Origin: Catajapyx aquilonaris
Lineage: Eukaryota
Assembly: GCA_000934665.2 (NCBI GenBank)
Contig: JYFJ02003481.1
Coordinates: 1-41,421 of the forward strand
Reading direction: 5' to 3'
Length of the DNA stretch: 41,421 nt
The number at the start of each line of letters is the position of its first letter. Position 1 is the first letter of the stretch. Below are positions 34,909 to 41,421 of this stretch, piece after piece. The translations under genes were made by a program, and so were the position numbers. Below the pieces are notes generated by a model. It was given only the letters and a program-made list of their open reading frames with translations, searched no databases and was not told where the DNA came from.

Positions 34909-36552
34909 TCACTTGAAATGGTTTCCGACTATTTTCTGAGCAGCATAATTGATCAGGATCCTGACGAATGAGAGGCACATCAGGAACAGGAAGAACTTGA
35001 GGAGGAGGAACATGACCTTGCCCCATAGGCTGACGCGTTTCATGACGTGTGTCTGGTCCATGTCGAGTAACCAGGAGCCGTACAGAACGGTGGTGTCAGC
35101 TGGAACCAGGTATCGAGTAAATGGTGATGCGATGACGGTCAGGGCCTCGTAGTGGAGCCTTGGCACGTACTCGTCTTCCTTCGACATCTCTCTCAACGAC
35201 GGCACGACGAATGTCGCCTTGTAGTGTTGTACGTGCTCTCTGAACTGAAAGTATATGACGGCGTAGGGATTGTTGTATCATCGTTTTGGGTTTCCCAGAT
35301 AATTTATGGTAGGGCAGGCTAATTTTTTGTCTCGCTTTACCCCCCAAATCCAGATTCACTTTATTTCCTCTCCCCCTGACAGACTATTAGCGACCCCCTT
35401 TTCTTCATTACCATTGAAGGAGTGGTGTAATCCGCCACTCATGCCCCTACATGCTACGCATCCAACCTAGCGTGCGAACTTGATCAGCTGATGCTGCGTG
35501 TTCTGCCACTACTGCAAAGGTCGTCTCGAGCAAGCGCTTTGAACCGCGATCGAGACGACCTGATAACATACACGCACGTAAGGGGAGCTCGTCTCTCACC
35601 TCGTCCAGTCCTGTTGAGCAATAAGGGTTGAACTTGTCCTGGACACCCAGATAGTAGGACAGGACCCTCCAGGTGTGGAGTAAGTCTTCCAGGTCTTCCC
35701 TGGACGCTCCGTGGAGACCTATCTTCTTCGGATACACCATGATGCAAGTCAGGAAGCCCAGGACCACGGACATGGAGTCAAACTGGGTCATGAACATCTG
35801 GTCTGGCGGGAAAGAGAATTACGGGACACCCTGTACCGGTACTCCCTGAGCGTCTTCTCTGATGCCCTCCCAAAGGACACACTCCTGGTACACTCCTGGC
35901 TCGGACGATACCTGACAAATATGAATAAGTTATTACATCAAAACCAGGCTATCATTCTTCGGTACGAATCCTTCAGAAAACAGGAATAAGTTACTTGTGC
36001 TTTAAGTGAGTCTTTTCACTGCCCAATGGTAGGTGGACCAATATTTGTGAAAATGTTCCATATTGTATTGGAAACAAGCCTGTGTATAGACTATATACCA
36101 GGGTCGGTTACCTGAGGTTTCCCGGCCCACGTCTTCTCCAGATTCATGTTTGCTATCCGACCTATGCTTGTGTGCATCTTTTGAACGGTGACCATGCCTC
36201 TTTACGCCTCGTCCTCCGAGTTCCAGAGGTCACCTTTCAGCCACGGTACGGCGTACCTGTAAGTGTCCACAATGCGTTGATAGCACCTGGACACGCTCTC
36301 AAACTTCCCTGTGAGGTAGAGTGCCTTGGCGACAGTCTTGATGCGGAAGGAAAAAGCCGATCCTATGAAAAATGAAAGCGACATCTGAGCGAAATGCTTC
36401 CAGAAGAGGGCCTGTCCCCTCCTGAACCTGTCCTTGTCCACCCAGGAAGGAAGAGGGTCGTCCATCGAAGGGGTGTCCAGGGCAGGGGTGGTCATGGCCT
36501 CCGTCCAGTGGTGGACCAGACGCTCAGGCACCTCCTGTTCACGATCCTTCAT
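34909..36552 (-). pseudogene. MpaB/DUF2236 oxygenase-like paralogue F; 3 exons (36552-36112, 35911-35600, 35244-34909); two in-frame TAA stops
   Basis: Two phase-0 GT-AG introns restore collinearity with E. Stops at 36202-36204 (Y in E) and 35819-35821 (E in G). Confidence 0.85.
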
Positions 36553-37814
36553 GGTCAAATCCCACTGCTCTGCAGCCCTTGATCTTTATAGCCTAGGAAA
36601 ATTCTTCCACCGGCTTTTTAAACATAAATCTTGTTACGGTATCTTTTTTGTGGCAGCCCTTTTTTTCAAGGCCTGCAAAAATTACATATCTTTTCATTTA
36701 CGTGAGCTCAAATTATTATGTAATATTTTATATATATAACACAATATGGTAAATAGTTTGGGGTTTGCAACAAAATGATACGAAGAAGAAGTCTGAAACG
36801 CAAACACGAGTCACCTTCATGGGAAGTGGGGGAATTTCAGCATTTTGTTCCGCGGAATGCTCTGAATATGAGTATACGTTTACAAGGTTGCCCAAGGACC
36901 TTACCTTTACCTATAATACTCAGGGTGTACTGTCAATGGCCCATATAGTGTCAGGGTTGCAATTAGCCAATAATATAAGAGGCTAATATTATTTTTGACG
37001 AATTCTCGTAGTAGTTATTTTCAGTACCTTGTTGCAGTAGTGTACAGTAACTTACACAACACATGTGATTCAGCATGAATATGTATAGGTAACACTGTGC
37101 AAATGTTCAGTATGTGACAGACTTTTATCGTGTTTATAGCAAAATACCGATCACGTGTGCGGCATGTGAGTGTTACAAGAAGGGAGGCCATCGTTTTCCG
37201 AGATCTCTTGAGAAAAATGTGGCTGGCAGTACTCAAAATGGAAAATATGTATATGCAAATACGAGTCCAGGGTATGCCGGGACCACTTCTTGGATGACGA
37301 CTACAGGATTATCATTGATATTTATAGCCTACTTGGTTAAGCAAACACCTTATCATAATAACTATATCGGGAGACCAGTTCTTCTAACGGGGATTGATAA
37401 ATTAAACAAGTTTGTCAAAATAATGTTTGCATATTTATATAGTGAGCTATGTTAGAGGGAGTGTAAATGCTCTGTGCTCATGGGAGTAATGGCTTGGAAC
37501 ATGTCACAATTACCTGTTGTAGCCTGAATAAGGGTGTGCAAAGCCAGTAGTCAGTAGACCTATATGCCATGAAATCAAGATGCATTAAATCAGACAGAGG
37601 ACAGCTGGACCCGATAAATCAAAGTTCCTGAGATTATAAAGGAAGCATCATGTCCATTTTTGAAATGTGATCAAAATGTACCATATAATAATTTCCAGGG
37701 CAAACATGGTTCGCAGAACAACTTATGTGTGCCGCAGTGTATGTGATACATCCAAAACTGCAGAGCATTCCGAACCATCATCACTTCCTGCACAGTCATG
37801 TTCCGAGGGCCGGC

Positions 37815-38000
37815 CGTTCCGAGCGAATTTATGTATCATCAGTTCAAAAAGAATTGTTCCAGTCATCCTGATGTGTGTACTGCCCGCTCGACACACACCA
37901 TGTAACTTACATGGTGTGTGTCGAGCGGCGAGCCCACACGTCAGGATGACTGGGACAGTTCTTTTTGCACTGTTGTACAGTACAAACTGCGCTTGGAATA
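37815..38000. repeat. ~185-bp imperfect palindrome with a 1-nt loop
   Basis: ccgctcgacacacaccatgtaa-c-ttacatggtgtgtgtcgagcgg core, with arms extending through cagtcatcctga / tcaggatgactg. Confidence 0.85.
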
Positions 38001-38494
38001 ATGGCACGGTCTGAGCACGGTATATCTCATCACGTTATTGCTTCCTCTTCCTTCGAGGACGAGAAGGGCGCGGAGTAACACCAGGTGGTGCATGTATGCA
38101 GCTGTAATGACGTCCACGCCGTCCACCATGTTGCATGCGGCAGCGGCACTAGCGGCAAAGACCAAACAAAACCGTCGACGACCTGTGTGAATGGGCCTTG
38201 AATAGTAAATTGGCACTGACGTATAGTATACCGGTGTAGGGACGATGCTTAGCTCAGTAGTGGTGAGTTGGCTCACCAACTGCGAAGTAAAGTAAACTAA
38301 TATTTCAACAGAATCGAAACCGTGTTCAAAAAATGTGCAGAATAAAATATCCAAGGTTTACACTGACCAATCGGTACATTAATTGGTTTCCTCCCCGAAT
38401 GAGACGAGTGAATAACGTAAATATACTTTGTGAATCCTTCGAGGCTGTTGTGCAGCGACTGGAAATCATTTTGGTCCATTGTCGTAGAATTTGG

Positions 38495-38630
38495 TTTTGT
38501 TTTATTTTATTTGTTTTACCCCTTGATAGCCTACATAGGCCCTGTTGGGGGGTGGCACCCACCATAATTTTTTTGCATCATTTTTCTTTTCTCCATTGCA
38601 AGGGGCAGGATAGGGATAATGAGGGGGGGG
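38495..38630 (-). mobile_element. 5'-truncated SINE (3' part)
   Basis: Reverse complement closely resembles 30260-30402 (caacagggcctatgtaggc..tca.ggggta plus A-tail). Confidence 0.7.
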
Positions 38631-39305
38631 GGGGGACACTGATGCTGGTGCTATGTCTCAAGTTGGGGGTCGTGTGGAGTCCCTCAATTAAAGGGCCCGC
38701 TTTGCACCCGCTCAATGTCCAAGTTCACTGTTTATACTTGCAGGCGGAGGCGTCCCAAAGACTGATCGACTTGGCCCAGCCCAAGCAGAGGTCGTCCAGA
38801 CGCGTTTCCAATTGACGTCGTCGCCGCCACGTCAGCAGCGTCACTCTGTCGCGACACAGACCGCAAGCCGCAGTTTCCACGCCATGGATTGGTCAATATG
38901 AAAGGAGTGAATCGTCTGGTTCTGCATTTCTGGTTGAGTCGGGATAACAAAGAAGAGGGTGGGGAACAGCACAAGCTTTTTTCCGCTTTCGCAATTGGTC
39001 GTCTGCACATGTAAACCGAGTTAATTAAATAAGTAATTAACTGAAGAAGTGCATCAATATTGCAATGAAACATTATTCTTTCCTGGCTGTATACAGATTG
39101 CGGGGTAATTCTGCAGGTGGAATGTTTGACGTGCTGTGCCATGGCAGCCACTTCATCTGGCACGTCTGTGGACCTGAACTGGACGATGTTATGCAATAAT
39201 GAATCAACCCACATGAGAACCGCTTTTACAAAAAGGGCTTTGGATGTTGCACCTGTGGAATTAATTCATTGTCCTTTTCGGTCATTTATGACAGAATAAG
39301 CATGC

Positions 39306-39656
39306 GGGGAGGTGTGGTGGCCGTGATGGTAACGTCACGGCTTGCTGTGTGAAAGGCCCCAGGTTCGATCCCCGCCTGGGGAACTATCCTTTCACCTGCG
39401 TCGGGAGGGTCTCTGACCTGCACCAAGGAGGTGTTTGGCAACCTAACCTCCTGGGGAACAGCACATGACCCGTTATTCAGACGTGCACCTTGCACCCATG
39501 TTCCCTCCCCAAAAATCCCTATCCTTTCCCCATGTCCTTTCTTCCTTGCACCGGAGTTAGAAGAAAAAGTTGAAAATTGAAGGAGATGGTGGTAATCCAC
39601 CCCCCTCAAGACCCTTAAAAACGGTCATTACGGGGTAATTACAAAAAAAAAAAAAA
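39306..39656 (+). mobile_element. Full-length tRNA-derived SINE
   Basis: Same head as 10364; poly-A tail; 13-bp TSD agaataagcatgc (39293-39305 / 39657-39669). Confidence 0.92.
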
Positions 39657-39799
39657 AGAATAAGCATGCAGATTTCGCCAGCTTGATTTTAACTGAATGA
39701 AGTAGGCTATACTATCCTTTGGGTATATGTTCCTGGAATTAACTCAATTTTGACATTTTTGTGGATTACATTATTGTATGACACCTTCCAATCCCAATC

Positions 39800-39879
39800 T
39801 TGAAGGGTGCAGTGCAAGAGGGGCATAAGTCAGGTTTTTGTCTGTTTGACTCATGCCCCTCTTGCACTGCACCCTTCAA
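39800..39879. repeat. 80-nt hairpin (33-bp stem with one mismatch, 14-nt loop)
   Basis: ttgaagggtgcagtgcaagaggggcataagtca / tgactcatgcccctcttgcactgcacccttcaa. Confidence 0.9.
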
Positions 39880-40124
39880 TTGTACAGTACATACCCAGCC
39901 AGGTTGAGGCAATATCGGCCGATTTATAAATTTTATGGATTCTCAATAAAAAGTAGTGGAGATCGGGGGGGCTCTTGCTCTAAGGCACGGAAGGCCGGAC
40001 AGGTTTGTGGTAATGATTAGGGTATAAGACTGTGACTTATATTGTGCAGGGGTGTCATAATATACAGTATGTAGGCTAATATCTTACAACTGATTCAAGA
40101 TAATATCTTACTTTTGACACTCAA

Positions 40125-40842
40125 TCAACTTGAACCAGTTTTCAATATTTTCTGTGCAGCATAATTGAGAGGGATCCTGACGAGTGGCAGACGCGTAAGG
40201 AACAGGAAGAAGAACTTGACGGCCAGGAACGCCATCTTGCTCCAGAAGCTGACGCGTTTCTCGACGTGAGAGTGGTCCATGTCGATTAACCAGAAGGCGC
40301 ACAGAATTCCTATGTCTGCGGAGGGAACCAGGTATGCAGGAAGCGATGCTATGGCACACACGGCCTTGTGGTGGAGCCTGGGCACGTACTCGTCCTCCTT
40401 CGACATCTCTCTCAACGACGGCATGATGAACGTCGCCTTGTAGTGACGCACGTGCTCTCTGAACTGAAAGTATGACGGCGTATAGGGATTGTTGTATCCT
40501 CCATATATAGGATATAGCATGCTCATTTCCGTCCCTGACCTCGTCCAGTCCTTTGGAGCAAGGGTTGAACCTGTCCTGGATACCCAGATAGTAGGACAGG
40601 ACCCTCCAGGTGTGGAGGAAGTCTTCCAGGTCTTCCCTGGACACTCCGTGGAGACCTATCTTGTTCGGGTACAACATGATGGTAGCCAGGATGCCCATGA
40701 CCACGGTAATGGCGTCGAACTGGCTCATGAACATCTGGTCGGGTGGGGAAGAGAATTCCGGCACACCCTGTACCCCTCGAGCGTCTTCCCTGATGGCCTC
40801 CCACAGGACACACTCCTCGTACACTCCGGGCTCGGAGGATAC
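40125..40842 (-). CDS. MpaB/DUF2236 oxygenase-like paralogue G, exons 2-3 (40842-40540, 40463-40125); exon 1 not in window
   Basis: Close paralogue of F with the same splice sites; 76-bp GT-AG intron at 40464-40539; no stops in the visible exons. Confidence 0.82.
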
Positions 40843-41421
40843 CTGACAAACAAAATGAGAGGTGAGAGACTGGACAGAGACTGATGGACTTGATGGAATA
40901 TTACACAGGGTGCTTCGCCAGAAGCTACTGTAGTATACAGCGAAAACTGTGTAGAGAGAAAAGGTCTAACAAGTGATACTGTGTTCAATAATGTGCACTT
41001 CACACAACCGGCAAATAAGTTATGAACACGAAGTCGTTTTAAACACCTTTTCAACATGTATCTTGGCATGTCCCTTCTAAAAGAAAATAGCAATCCCAAT
41101 AATATTGGTTTGGTGACATTCATTCTATCCCCGAGTAACAGCTACACGGCTGCGGTGGCATCCTCATGCGACACAGCATGTTAGACGCTACCACTCCAGT
41201 GACCCAATATCTGGTTCGAAACAATCCTCTCTGACTTTAGGCCTATAGGCCAACTCATTATTTTTGTCGGTATGGTTTACAAACTTCTTACTTTCATCCT
41301 GCGTGAAAAGGACGGGTATGGTACTGTGACCCGAGCGGCTGGGTACATACTGAAGAAAAAGCAAGTGGGGTTTGTTCAAGCACAGTAAGTTTATTTGCAA
41401 GCAAAACTGAGTACGTGAGGA

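Noticed and set aside
462..36204. Multiple in-frame stops suggesting an alternative genetic code or selenocysteine
   Set aside because: The stops are of all three types and replace different residues (W, Q, Y, E), each by a single substitution. Intact genes end in normal stops, and no SECIS was evident.
36585..36590. TATA box upstream of gene F
   Set aside because: TATAAA lies only ~33 bp from the ATG in AT-rich DNA, which is too weak to call without TSS data.
36765..39299. Assorted short ORFs of 60-160 aa
   Set aside because: No family motifs; they overlap palindromes and SINE fragments.

Overview
This is eukaryotic, arthropod-like genomic DNA rich in transposons, and it holds two interleaved gene families. 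(1) Two intronless divergent ionotropic receptor (IR) genes: one intact (15919-17949) and one partial copy with a single in-frame TGA (1-1160). (2) Seven paralogues (A-G) of an MpaB/DUF2236 (Lcp rubber-oxygenase-like) haem oxygenase family. E is intact and intronless; G is apparently intact, spliced and runs off the window; A, B, C, D and F are disrupted by stops, truncation, deletion or TE insertions. The intergenic DNA carries a LINE 3' fragment, tRNA-derived SINEs with 13-bp TSDs, many MITEs, mariner remnants, a canonical non-autonomous Helitron and several near-perfect palindromes. The most unusual structure is a Helitron-derived element present twice (7380-9385, 22808-25875). It carries a PIF1-helicase remnant and ends in a ~490-bp hairpin that sits in opposite (flip/flop) orientation relative to the element body in the two copies. 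All family assignments come from motif recognition by eye, not database searches.
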